Below, in pieces: positions 48,243-57,392 of a stretch of DNA of 64,000 bases (the stretch's first letter is position 1; every line of letters begins with the position of its first letter). Made by a program: the position numbers and the translations under genes. This stretch comes from Pseudomonadota bacterium (GTDB lineage Bacteria; Bdellovibrionota_C; UBA2361; OMII01): positions 200,565 through 264,564 of the forward strand of contig JAYPVM010000002.1 in the NCBI GenBank assembly GCA_038134595.1. Direction: 5' to 3'. The notes under the pieces are model-generated. The model searched no databases and was not told the origin of the DNA. It saw only the letters and a list, made by a program, of their open reading frames with translations.

Positions 48243-49757
48243 TTATTTTAGATAGTTTAACTCTCTGACTTCTAACATAGACGTTGAGCCCGGTGTCTGC
48301 GTGAGACGGCCTCCTGTAACAACGGAATGTGAGCCGTTTGGTAGTTGCTCCAAAGTTTGAACCACGCTAAGAGCTCTTTCTATTTCATCGTCGTGGCTTT
48401 CAGCAGACTCAAATTTACATGGTTTAACCCCCCAGTAAAGACCCATCTGGCGGAGTGTGGTTTCGTTTCTGGATACACCGTAAAGGGGTTGTTGTGGCCG
48501 ATATTTCGCAGCTAGTCTAACCGACCGCCCGGTCTCAGTGCACGCTATAATTGCATCTGCATTAGTCTTCACTGCTGCCGCACATGCCGCGTACGCTATA
48601 GCATCTGGAACCGTAAACGTGTCTTGGTTTCGAAGTCGAAGTTTGAACTCCTCAAATTCGAAAGTTTGCTCCGCAGCAAGAGCGATTCTACTAAGGTAGC
48701 CAACGCACTGAGCTGGATGCTCCCCGATGGCTGTTTCGTCAGAGAGCATTACCGCGTCTGCTCCGCTCATTACAGCGGCTGAGATGTCCGAGACTTCCGC
48801 CCGGGTTGGACGGACAGCTGTGATCATTGAGTGCATCATTTGTGTCGCAACGATAACTGGGATGCCGCGGTAATTTCCCTCTTCGATGAGTCGTCGTTGT
48901 AACATCGGAAGTTGCTCGAGTGGAACTTCGAGACCGAGATCGCCGCGCGCTACCATTAGCCCGTCTGCTGTCTGAGCTATCTCTTCTATGTTATCTAATG
49001 CGGCCCGTCTTTCGATTTTTGCTACAATATGAGCTGATGAACCTTTTTCGGTGATGACGGCTCTCAGTTTTTTAATATCCTCTGCTGAACGAACAAACGA
49101 GATTGCCACGTAATCAACACCGTTTTCTATTCCCCAGTCAAGGTCTACCAGGTCCTTATCGGTGGTTGCAGGAAGGTTCACATCACTATCTGGAAAGGCT
49201 ATCCCGACACGCGAACGAATCCGTCCTCCCTTTACCACAGTGCAGGTTACATGATCGGATTCAACCGAATTTGCGACGAGCTCAATAAGCCCATCTGCGA
49301 GAAGAACCCGATGCCCAGACTCGAGAGTCTTCATTGGATTTACCGTTTCCACATAGATGGTGTCAGCGTTTGATAATTCACCAGTGGAAACTTTTAAATT
49401 AATTGGACTTCCGTCTGTGATAGGGCAGAAGTTTCCCTCAACATTAGAGATCCTAATCTTTGGGCCTGAAAGATCCTGGAGGATTGCTACCCAAACCCCC
49501 ATCTCTTTGGAGATTCGGCGAACGTCGGTAAGGACCGCGAGGTGCTCGTCGTGGCTGCCGTGAGAGAAGTTCAATCGGAATGTGTTGGCTCCAGCTTCAA
49601 TAAGCGCTTGTATCTGCTCAGGGTCACGAGATGATGGCCCGAGGGTGGCGATAATCTTCGTCTTTCGGTGATGAATGTCGTTTTCAGCTAATGGGCGCTC
49701 CCGTGTCCATAAGCGATCAATTAACGTTTTAAAGCTGTGTGATGATTCCAAGTTCAT
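48243..49757 (-). CDS. pyk: Pyruvate kinase
   Basis: KTKIIATLGP, RLNFSHG, DLSGPKIR, AKIE, MVARGDLG, ATQM, PTRAEVSD, MLSDETA. Confidence 0.98.
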   Translation of the reverse strand: MNLESSHSFKTLIDRLWTRERPLAENDIHHRKTKIIATLGPSSRDPEQIQALIEAGANTFRLNFSHGSHDEHLAVLTDVRRISKEMGVWVAILQDLSGPKIRISNVEGNFCPITDGSPINLKVSTGELSNADTIYVETVNPMKTLESGHRVLLADGLIELVANSVESDHVTCTVVKGGRIRSRVGIAFPDSDVNLPATTDKDLVDLDWGIENGVDYVAISFVRSAEDIKKLRAVITEKGSSAHIVAKIERRAALDNIEEIAQTADGLMVARGDLGLEVPLEQLPMLQRRLIEEGNYRGIPVIVATQMMHSMITAVRPTRAEVSDISAAVMSGADAVMLSDETAIGEHPAQCVGYLSRIALAAEQTFEFEEFKLRLRNQDTFTVPDAIAYAACAAAVKTNADAIIACTETGRSVRLAAKYRPQQPLYGVSRNETTLRQMGLYWGVKPCKFESAESHDDEIERALSVVQTLEQLPNGSHSVVTGGRLTQTPGSTSMLEVRELNYLK

Positions 49758-50163
49758 GAGGTTCCTCTAAAAGGCTTACAAAATAAGAGAGCCCAAACGG
49801 CAGAGTCGTCTGTCCGATATACGGGCTAGTACCAGGTATTTAGCACAGATTCTTGAATGAGTCATGTCACCAATATCCGGCATTTTCGGGAGGATATGAG
49901 GGTGAGCCTTGATCAGGTGCGAAAAGCCCCTTCTGCCAGTGTGAGCAGGAGGACCTTTCTGCGACTCCATCGTTGTTTATTGTTACCCTAGGCGAAATAG
50001 TCACGAAAGGTGACCATATTTATGTAATTCGGTGATAAATTTGGAACTTTTCGCCGGGGGGGTAACATCTAATTCATATAGGCAGAGCTAGGCTTTGTTA
50101 CTGCCGCGAATCTAACGTATTGGATTAAATGACGAAGTTAACGCGAGTATTTAACACGTAGCA

Positions 50164-51021
50164 ATGGATATGAGCATATCGAAAGAAGCAAGCGAGCGTC
50201 GGGATGAAACCTATCTCACAAAACAGGTCCTTCTCAATGGGCAATTCGTGACGCTTTATAGCAGCAATGGGCAAACCTGGCTGTCTTCACCGGAGGATAT
50301 TCCAGGGCTCATGGATCGACTAGACCACGAGCGAACCTCTCTGTTTAATGGAGAACGGGGGGAAGAAAAAGAGGCTAAGACGGAGAACGGGGAGGATTCT
50401 AAACAAAAATCCGCGCCTCAACCTGCAAAATATCGCTCGAAAGGTCCAAAACCCCGACCGATCTTGGAGCAAAACGGTAAAGTTTTTACCGCTCCACCGG
50501 TTGAACCTGTCTCGGCGTCGGAGGTGGTAATGGCCTTTTCAAGTGACCCAGTGCCCGCCGAGTCCAAAAAGCCCAGTAAGGCCAAACGAAAAAAACCCGT
50601 CACAAAAGCGGAGATGAAAAAGTTGTTAACAGAAGTTACTTCCGACCCTAAAGACAAAAAGCCGAGCAGTAAAGCTCGTGCCTCGGCGAAGAAAACAAAA
50701 AGCTCAAAGGCAAAATCCGCCAAAGGGACTTCGAAGAAGGCTGCTACTACAAAGGTATCAAAGACAAAAAAATCGTCGCAAATAAGCGGCAAGGCAAAGC
50801 AGACGGTAAAAATAACGACGAAGTCGGCCACCGCTAGTAAGAAAAAACCCTCAAGCAAAAAAAAGGTTGCGACGGTAAAGAAAACTACCGCAAAAAAACC
50901 AGCAACTCAGAAGAAGACTGCGGCGAAGAAAAAAAGCACCAAGACAGCTCAGCGTTCTAAGGCTGAAAAGCCAGTCGCTAAGAAGCCAGCAACAAAGCGA
51001 AGTCGTCAGAAGAAGAGTTAA
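50164..51021 (+). CDS. Lys/Ala/Ser/Thr-rich basic protein with a histone-H1-like tail
   Basis: About 60-aa globular-looking N-terminus, then repeated KK-TTAKKPA / KKTAAKKK motifs. Confidence 0.8.
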   Translation: MDMSISKEASERRDETYLTKQVLLNGQFVTLYSSNGQTWLSSPEDIPGLMDRLDHERTSLFNGERGEEKEAKTENGEDSKQKSAPQPAKYRSKGPKPRPILEQNGKVFTAPPVEPVSASEVVMAFSSDPVPAESKKPSKAKRKKPVTKAEMKKLLTEVTSDPKDKKPSSKARASAKKTKSSKAKSAKGTSKKAATTKVSKTKKSSQISGKAKQTVKITTKSATASKKKPSSKKKVATVKKTTAKKPATQKKTAAKKKSTKTAQRSKAEKPVAKKPATKRSRQKKS

Positions 51022-51103
51022 GGGTTTCGTAATACCGATATTGGATTGACTACACCGACACAATAGTTAATCCTGATTACTAGTACGACCTGGGCACACG
51101 TGT

Positions 51104-51601
51104 ATGACATATATTGAAAAGCACCTCATGGATGATGAAGACCTCAAGCACATTACGAGGCTTCATCCTATCGTGCTATTGACTCCTGCTATGGTAGTCT
51201 CACTTCTGGCTGGTTTCTTAATGATTACTGCTGAGTACCCTCCCGCTTGGTGGACCGTTCTCGTTATAGTACTGCTTGCAACGATAAAACTAGTCGATCG
51301 GATCATCCTCCACTTAACATCAGAATTCGGCGTAACCTCTAAGCGGGTGCTTGGGAAGACGGGTCTAATCCGTCTAAACACGGTTGATATTGTTCTTGCT
51401 AAGGTGGAAGCGATCAGAATTCGGCAGAGCATATTGGGAAGGATATTCGACTTTGGTGATGTTTTAGTCACTGGGACCGGGGGAACCGTAGAGGTTCTTA
51501 AGTTTATTCCTGACCCTGTATTTTTTAGTACCTGTGTGCAGGAAGAGCTCTCCGATGGCGTAGAGTCTAGATCTGAAAGTGTGCAGTCTTCTGGCCGGTA
51601 A
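51104..51601 (+). CDS. Membrane protein with a bacterial PH (bPH_2/YdbS-like) domain, intact copy
   Basis: Two TMs, then EFGVTSKRVLGKTGLI...KVEAIRIRQSILGRIFDFGDVLV. Confidence 0.85.
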   Translation: MTYIEKHLMDDEDLKHITRLHPIVLLTPAMVVSLLAGFLMITAEYPPAWWTVLVIVLLATIKLVDRIILHLTSEFGVTSKRVLGKTGLIRLNTVDIVLAKVEAIRIRQSILGRIFDFGDVLVTGTGGTVEVLKFIPDPVFFSTCVQEELSDGVESRSESVQSSGR

Positions 51602-51655
51602 CGCGTCTCGTTTCTTCTTCTTCTTCTTTTCTCGTGGGTCATCTTAAGGCCTTTT
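51182..51655 (+). repeat. Direct repeat copy 1 (474 bp), includes (TTC)5
   Basis: Aligns by eye with 53626-54123, from ACTCCTGCTATGG to TTAAGGCCTTTT. Confidence 0.97.
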
Positions 51656-53625
51656 ATTGCTAGGAAAACCAATTGCTTTTTTGCAAGTAGTTGATGTGCG
51701 GCAGGCCAACTGGCCGAGAGGTCGTTCTAGGGGTGAGGTCTGAGCCCGAATGGGGAGCTTTGAGCTCCAGGGAAGGGTTTCAACAGTCCAAGGAGGGCTG
51801 AAGATGTACTGCTAAGTCGCGAAAATGGCATCACGGATAGACCTCTCCCGCTCCGTCACCAAGAAATCGGATTTTAGAAGTCATCAGGCGCCGGCTCGAA
51901 TGAGTCGTACGAGGGAAGTTCATCGATAGCCTCTACGGTGTCGATGAACTTTGGAATAGGAGGAGGCGCTTGACCTTGAGCCTTCATGATGTCTTTGATT
52001 GAGTGCGCGTCTTGGATGAAAGCGATGATGCGCATCTGTGCTTTACACTTGGGACACTCCAAGGGGTCTATCTCGTAGATTCTCTTTATGCACGCGGCCC
52101 AACTACTCCTAAGGGACTCCCGCCGATAGTCACTCTCCGTTTCTTCAGCTGGAGGAGCGAGCTTAGCGCGCTCCCCCCTTCGTCTACACGAATACCGCCC
52201 GTAGTATCGTGTGATGCTTTCGTAGGTTTTCGGGATATGAACTGAGAGCGCTGCCAAAAACTCCAGAGCGTCAAACTCGTGAGCGGCGCCGTCTTTAGTG
52301 GTGTAGGTCACGATGTCATCTTGTATAGAGAGCTTCTCAAGGGATAGGGGAGCTCGCTCGATGTAGCGAGCGACGAACTGCTCGCTCTCTTTGTCGTGGA
52401 AGGGGTCTCCTAGCCAGACGCCAAAGCCAGTGTGATCCTGAGAGAGGATCTGCGCTACGTCATCGTCAGTGATAAGCTCTTGCTTGTGGAGCTGCGCGAG
52501 GACACGTTCAGCGAAGGCATCCTCTATGGCTTTAACGTCTACCTCCGCAAACCTGGTGAAGACGCCGTCCTTCCAGTATCCGTCTGCGAGAAGTCCGTGA
52601 AGGTGGGGGTGATAATTGAGAGCTTCCCCGGCAGTTTGCACGGTGAAGATAGCGGCTAGTTCGCGCTCATCGATACCGAGCACCTGAGAGAGCGCCCCCC
52701 AAGCGGCGCGAAAGAGGATGGAGTTGAGCTTGCGGTCGTACTTAAAGAAGACTCGCAAGCGTTTGGGGATGGTGAAGACGGTGTGGCGATGGGGTACGTC
52801 CTCGATCACTTCGTTGTAGATATGCTCGGCGAACTTCACTGCCCGCTTAGCTCCGCAGGATGGGCACACCCCACGGCGCTTGCAGGAGAAGGCGATAAGG
52901 AGGGAGTGCTTGCATCCGTCGCAGTATACCCGAGCGGCACCGTGAGAGAGCATGCCGCAGTTAAGGTACTCGTCGAAGGTTTTTAGCACCTCGTCGCGTA
53001 AGCACCCATACTGATGCTGGAACCGTGCCTCCCACTGGAATTGTAGGTCATCCCGAGAGTGGTAGACGATCTGGTAGAGGGAAGAGGTTTCTGGGGAGCG
53101 TCTCCTGTAGTGTTGGAGCCTCTCCTTTGCCTTCTCCCAGGAGTAGCGCCTTCAGCATGCAGGCTGGTTCGGGGAGGTGAGGCTAGGAGTTGTGTTGGAG
53201 TTGTGGAGGATTGCGGAAAGGGATTTAGGTCAGGTTTCAGAGAGGGCTAACAACAGTTATGGGTCCCGGCTGGATTTGCGCATGGATTTTTGGTGCTCTC
53301 CGATTCAGCTGATGTGTTTGTGGTGATTTTGTGACTCATGCACATGCTTTACGTCCAGTACGGTTGAAAGCGTTGGATGCTTGTCTAGGCCCATATCAGC
53401 AAGTAGTCCTTGGAGGAGTTCTCCCAGCTCGTTATCTCTATAATAGATAATAATTAGCTTATGGTCGTCTAGCTGAACTTCGCAAGGAGTATCATCAGTA
53501 GGTGAAAACGCATACGCATGATGCCCATCATTTAACAGAAGGTCTTTAAACGAATCGAGTGTTTGTTCGATTTTTTTCTCGGTACACTCTCGCCTATTTT
53601 GGACGTGCGCTGGGTATGTTGATCA
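51656..53625 (-). mobile_element. IS91/ISCR-like rolling-circle element (right boundary uncertain)
   Basis: HUH transposase; minus strand ends GCAATTGGTTTTCCTAGC (51659-76), similar to oriIS ends (..TTGxxxTTCCTA..); short hairpins between this end and the gene; bounded by the direct repeats. Confidence 0.75.
51874..52989 (-). CDS. IS91-family HUH transposase with Zn-binding domain; true start unclear (frame open to 53151)
   Basis: CDGC...FSCKRRGVCPSC, HTVFTIP, HPHLH (HUH), RYIERAP, TRYYG, CPKC..MRIIAFI. Confidence 0.9.
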   Translation of the reverse strand: MLKTFDEYLNCGMLSHGAARVYCDGCKHSLLIAFSCKRRGVCPSCGAKRAVKFAEHIYNEVIEDVPHRHTVFTIPKRLRVFFKYDRKLNSILFRAAWGALSQVLGIDERELAAIFTVQTAGEALNYHPHLHGLLADGYWKDGVFTRFAEVDVKAIEDAFAERVLAQLHKQELITDDDVAQILSQDHTGFGVWLGDPFHDKESEQFVARYIERAPLSLEKLSIQDDIVTYTTKDGAAHEFDALEFLAALSVHIPKTYESITRYYGRYSCRRRGERAKLAPPAEETESDYRRESLRSSWAACIKRIYEIDPLECPKCKAQMRIIAFIQDAHSIKDIMKAQGQAPPPIPKFIDTVEAIDELPSYDSFEPAPDDF

Positions 53626-54045
53626 ACTCCTGCTATGGTAGTCTCGCTTCTGGCTGGGTTCTTAATGATTACAGCCGAATATCCCCCCGCTTGGTGGACC
53701 GTTCTGGTTATAGTATTGCTTGCAACGATAAAGCTAGTCGATAGGATCATCCTCCACTTAACATCAGAATTCGGCATAACCTCAAAGCGAGTTCTTGGAA
53801 AGACGGGACTAATCCGCTTAAATACGGTTGATATTGTTCTTGCTAAGGTGGAAGCGATCAGAATTCGACAGAGCATATTGGGAAGGATCTTCGACTTTGG
53901 TGATGTTTTAGTCACTGGGACCGGGGGAACCGTAGAGGTTCTTAAGTTTATTCCTGACCCTGTATTTTTCAGTACCTGTGTGCAGGAAGAGCTCTCCGAT
54001 GGCGTAGAATCTAGATCTGAAAGTGCGCAGTCTTCTGGTCGGTAA
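53626..54045 (+). pseudogene. 5'-truncated second copy of the bPH_2 gene (lacks the first 26 codons)
   Basis: Near-identical protein from TPAMVVSLL onward; the sequence upstream of it is unrelated to copy 1. Confidence 0.8.
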
Positions 54046-54055
54046 CGTGCCTCGT

Positions 54056-54094
54056 TTCTTCTTCTTCTTCTTCTTCTTCTTCTTCTTCTTCTTC
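54056..54094 (+). repeat. (TTC)13 microsatellite
   Basis: Counted directly; the homologous tract at 51612-51626 is (TTC)5. Confidence 0.95.
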
Positions 54095-54360
54095 TTTTCT
54101 CGTGGGTCATCTTAAGGCCTTTTCTCGCAGCTTAAACAACTTTACTGGCGCGATTTCGATTACATCTCTGGAAAGAGATCCATGGACTAGAATGAGTTGT
54201 TGAGCGTCTGATCAAATTTTCTGTAGCTACGAATGTAACAGATGGGCCAAAGAGGTAACGAGAAGCTCTCTGCGGATTTGAACTGATGAGCAAAGGGATA
54301 AGGTTCTATGAAGTCCTTGTGGTTAGCTCTTCCATTGCTTTAATCTCACTGGAGGTGTCG

Positions 54361-55374
54361 ATGTCAAATTCATTAGAGTCGTTGCGGCGGGCGATCTGTG
54401 TTTCAGGATTGTCTCCATCTACGCGGTTTTCACTCACAAAAAAAGTACTCGATGATGGCAACTGGGATTCAACCGAAGGCATTATCGCCTTATCCGAATT
54501 GCGGGAGGCCGATGAGGTAATAGAAAGCTGTCAACGCCTGCAGATTCTATCGATTCCGATCACTGATGTGCGGTATCCGCGGAGTTTGGCAGAGAGTGAT
54601 GCACCACCTTCTGTTATTTATGTGAAGGGCTCGCTGACGGCAACTAGGCAAAAGTTGTCAATTGGGGTCGTGGGCGCACGTGCCGCAACAGTCGAATCAT
54701 GCAATCGGGTGACTGAGATTGCAGAGGTGTTGGCTCGCAGTGACGTTTGCATTGTAAGCGGGCTCGCCTTGGGGGTCGACGGAGCGGCGCATAGAGGAGC
54801 GCTCAGAAGCCTTCAGGACGGGGCAACGATAGCGGTTATGGCGCATGGCCTCGACATCCTTTATCCGGCTAGTCACAACAGATTAGGCCAACGCATTGTG
54901 GATGGTGGGGGAGCTCTAATCTCGGAGTATCCACCCGGCACCAAGCCTCTTAAGCATCATTTTCTGGCGCGAAATCGAATTATAGCGGGACTCTCAAGCG
55001 GCGTGGTCGTCGCAGAGGCGGGCGCTCGAAGCGGTAGTCTCGTAACCGCTCAATATGCACTCGATAGTGGCCGAGACGTCTTCGCTCTAATTGCGCCTGA
55101 GGGCCCAGAACAAACAGACGGATGTAAGAGCTTAATCGACCAGGGCGCTATTCCTGTAACTTCTGCGGCTGGGATCCTCCGCGAGTACAAGATGCAAGTA
55201 CAAGGCGAGGTCGCACATGCATCTAATGTTCGAAAAGTCGTAATGGGCCTAGGGGCATTTATGGAGATTACAGGAGTGAGCTTTCACGAACTGCTTCGAT
55301 TAGAGCTCGATGGAATAATAGAACGCACCGCAGGTAATAGTGTAAAAGTATCTGCCGCACTGGTAGGTTTATAA
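54361..55374 (+). CDS. dprA: DNA-processing protein DprA (Smf)
   Basis: YPRSL, GVVGAR, IVSGLALGVDGAAH, SEYPPG, FLARNRIIAGLS, EAGARSGSLVTA; GGAGG before ATG 54361. Confidence 0.95.
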   Translation: MSNSLESLRRAICVSGLSPSTRFSLTKKVLDDGNWDSTEGIIALSELREADEVIESCQRLQILSIPITDVRYPRSLAESDAPPSVIYVKGSLTATRQKLSIGVVGARAATVESCNRVTEIAEVLARSDVCIVSGLALGVDGAAHRGALRSLQDGATIAVMAHGLDILYPASHNRLGQRIVDGGGALISEYPPGTKPLKHHFLARNRIIAGLSSGVVVAEAGARSGSLVTAQYALDSGRDVFALIAPEGPEQTDGCKSLIDQGAIPVTSAAGILREYKMQVQGEVAHASNVRKVVMGLGAFMEITGVSFHELLRLELDGIIERTAGNSVKVSAALVGL

Positions 55375-55614
55375 ATGACATTATTTCTAAAAAATCCCGA
55401 GCCTCTAGGCTGCCTTCAATTAGACTGATGAGGCTTGAGCGGGTTAATTCGTTGATTTTAAGTTGCTGGCTTACGTTACGTAGTTGGCTCGATTTTTCCT
55501 CCGGTAATCTTTGCGGCGATGATTAAGTAAATCTTCGATTGCGCTTGCTGAAAGAGAAACAGGCGCGTTGTGAGCTGGTTTCGCCAAGTTGAAGTGATGG
55601 GCTGTTATGTGAAA

Positions 55615-55691
55615 TGGGGTGGCTGATGGGGCTTGAACCCACGACCCTCGGAACCACAATCCGATGCTCTACCAACTGAGCTACAACCACC
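55615..55691 (-). tRNA. tRNA-His (anticodon GTG) with G-1 and encoded CCA
   Basis: Minus strand GGTGGTTGTAGCTCAGTTGGTAGAGCATCGGATTGTGGTTCCGAGGGTCGTGGGTTCAAGCCCCATCAGCCACCCCA. Confidence 0.97.
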
Positions 55692-55887
55692 GTAAAGGAC
55701 TAGAAAGAAAAGCTCTCTCCAGAATCGAAGGGTACTTTAACCTTTGGCCTGAGTCAAGATTGTGGCTGTTTTCGGGGAGGGAATTGACCGATTCTAATTG
55801 GAGAGCCGGATGTCTTATGTTTGAGTGTTTTTAGGGTGGCCCTTTTGATGGTAGGATTGTTAGGACTAATCCGCCTTGGGGCCTGGT

Positions 55888-56568
55888 ATGAATATTAATA
55901 GGTTACATAGGAGCCAGAATTTTTCGAATGTAGAGATCGCTGTATCTCATGTGGTTATTCATGGAACTGGGATTGATTGTTCACGCACTATTGAAATTCT
56001 TACAGGGGCTGAGCATCAGGTTTCTGCTCATTTGGTAATAGACCGGGATGGTACTGTTTATGAATTGGTTTCCTGTCTTGAGGGTCGCGCTTTACGGGCG
56101 TGGCATGCTGGAATCAGTCGATGGTTTATTGTTAAAGATGGTAAGAAGTCGCAGCTGGAGCGATTTAATGATTTCTCAATAGGAATTGAATTAGTAAACC
56201 TGAATGGTAACGTTTTCCCTTACACGGAAGCGCAATACCAAAGCCTTTTTGAAGTTCTTAAACGTCTACGGGAGCATTATCCAGCGCTTGATGATCCTGA
56301 TAGTATTGTTGGACACGAGCAGATTGCTGGATTTCGAGGTAAGATTGACCCAGGACTGAAGTTTGATTGGAGTCGGTTGTTTCGAGAATCTTACCCGCAG
56401 CAGCCTTCGCCGGAGAGGGCGCCGAGATTACCAGAAGAGGTTGTTGCCGTCTTGGCGGGGGTATACAGCGCAGCTGGGCTCGCAAGGCATCCTGAGGGCG
56501 GGATTTCAGAGGATCGTAACGACCTATGCCAGCGGCTTAGCTCGTTGTTAGAAAAGCTTTTACAATAG
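55888..56568 (+). CDS. ampD: N-acetylmuramoyl-L-alanine amidase (Amidase_2, AmpD-like)
   Basis: VVIHGT, VSAHLVI, RAWHAG, NDFSIGIEL, VGHEQI, KIDPG; no signal peptide. Confidence 0.85.
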   Translation: MNINRLHRSQNFSNVEIAVSHVVIHGTGIDCSRTIEILTGAEHQVSAHLVIDRDGTVYELVSCLEGRALRAWHAGISRWFIVKDGKKSQLERFNDFSIGIELVNLNGNVFPYTEAQYQSLFEVLKRLREHYPALDDPDSIVGHEQIAGFRGKIDPGLKFDWSRLFRESYPQQPSPERAPRLPEEVVAVLAGVYSAAGLARHPEGGISEDRNDLCQRLSSLLEKLLQ

Positions 56569-56708
56569 AGGAATTGCGCCATTGTTTTTTTGGGACAGAG
56601 GGGAGTTGACATCTCTTGTTTACTGGTTAAGGATCGAGGCTAAATAGACGGGCTTCAAATATCAAGGCTCCCGGAGATGGTAAGGTAATATTTTAACGCG
56701 AGTGTTTC

Positions 56709-57164
56709 ATGCGAAAGTTTGGATTGGTTTATGGTGCGGTTCTATCAACACTTACTCTAGCTTTTGTTAGTGGTTGTGCACCTCGAGGTGAGTCGCACAC
56801 TGTAGATGAGATACTTTCAGACGCCCGGACAAGTTACTTAACAGTGTTCGCCAACCGTGCAGGCGGATACAAAGACAAGCTTAAGAGTCTCACAGCCTCA
56901 TTGGATAAGTTAGCTGGTATTGGAGGGGGTGGAGATGCCCGTTCGATTTCGGGGGGAATCGCTGAATCGCTTCAAGGGCTCATTGAGCATGCTGGCTTCA
57001 CTGTAAGGCCCGCCATGGGAGAGTTGATCAGTCAGTACAGGGTTGTTGCAACGAATGGGTCGCGGGATTTGTCTATAGGAGCTCCAAATTTGAAGTTGCT
57101 CGTTGCCCGGACGTATACGCTCATTTCAAGCGAATTAAAGACTACCCAGTTTAAGGTATCCTAA
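56709..57164 (+). CDS. Hypothetical helical lipoprotein
   Basis: MRKF plus a hydrophobic stretch and a VSG-C lipobox. Confidence 0.75.
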   Translation: MRKFGLVYGAVLSTLTLAFVSGCAPRGESHTVDEILSDARTSYLTVFANRAGGYKDKLKSLTASLDKLAGIGGGGDARSISGGIAESLQGLIEHAGFTVRPAMGELISQYRVVATNGSRDLSIGAPNLKLLVARTYTLISSELKTTQFKVS

Positions 57165-57392
57165 TTCGACGCAGATAAGAGCTTGCGCGTGCTGCATACA
57201 ACACCGTCTCTTGTGACATGATAAACAATTCGCGGCGTCGGGGATATTTGGTTTCTTGTTTAGTTGTTTTTGGCTCATGGGAGTAGGTATGCAGTGAGGT
57301 CTGCAACGCACATTCGTTAATCGAACCTGGCCGAAATCCTCAGCTCATCCTGAGTTTAGAGTTGGCCTGAGGTAGTGATGAGAGAGAATTCT

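Larger units (their letters stand above)
53626..54123 (+). repeat. Direct repeat copy 2 (498 bp)
   Basis: Same as 51182-51655 apart from point differences and 8 extra TTC units. Confidence 0.97.

Noticed and set aside
49890..50020. ACCTGATC (TPP-like) and a GAAA hairpin (c-di-GMP-I-like)
   Set aside because: The CTGAGA and GACGCAAAGC partner motifs are missing.
51163..54110. Antisense ORFs 51163-51672 and 53532-54110 with poly-Arg N-termini
   Set aside because: Shadows of the bPH_2 copies; the poly-Arg is the (TTC)n tract read backwards, and the substitutions are synonymous in the plus frame.
11759..55691. tRNA-anchored genomic island, prophage or CRISPR array
   Set aside because: No integrase, phage or cas genes, duplicated tRNA 3' ends or regularly spaced repeats were seen.
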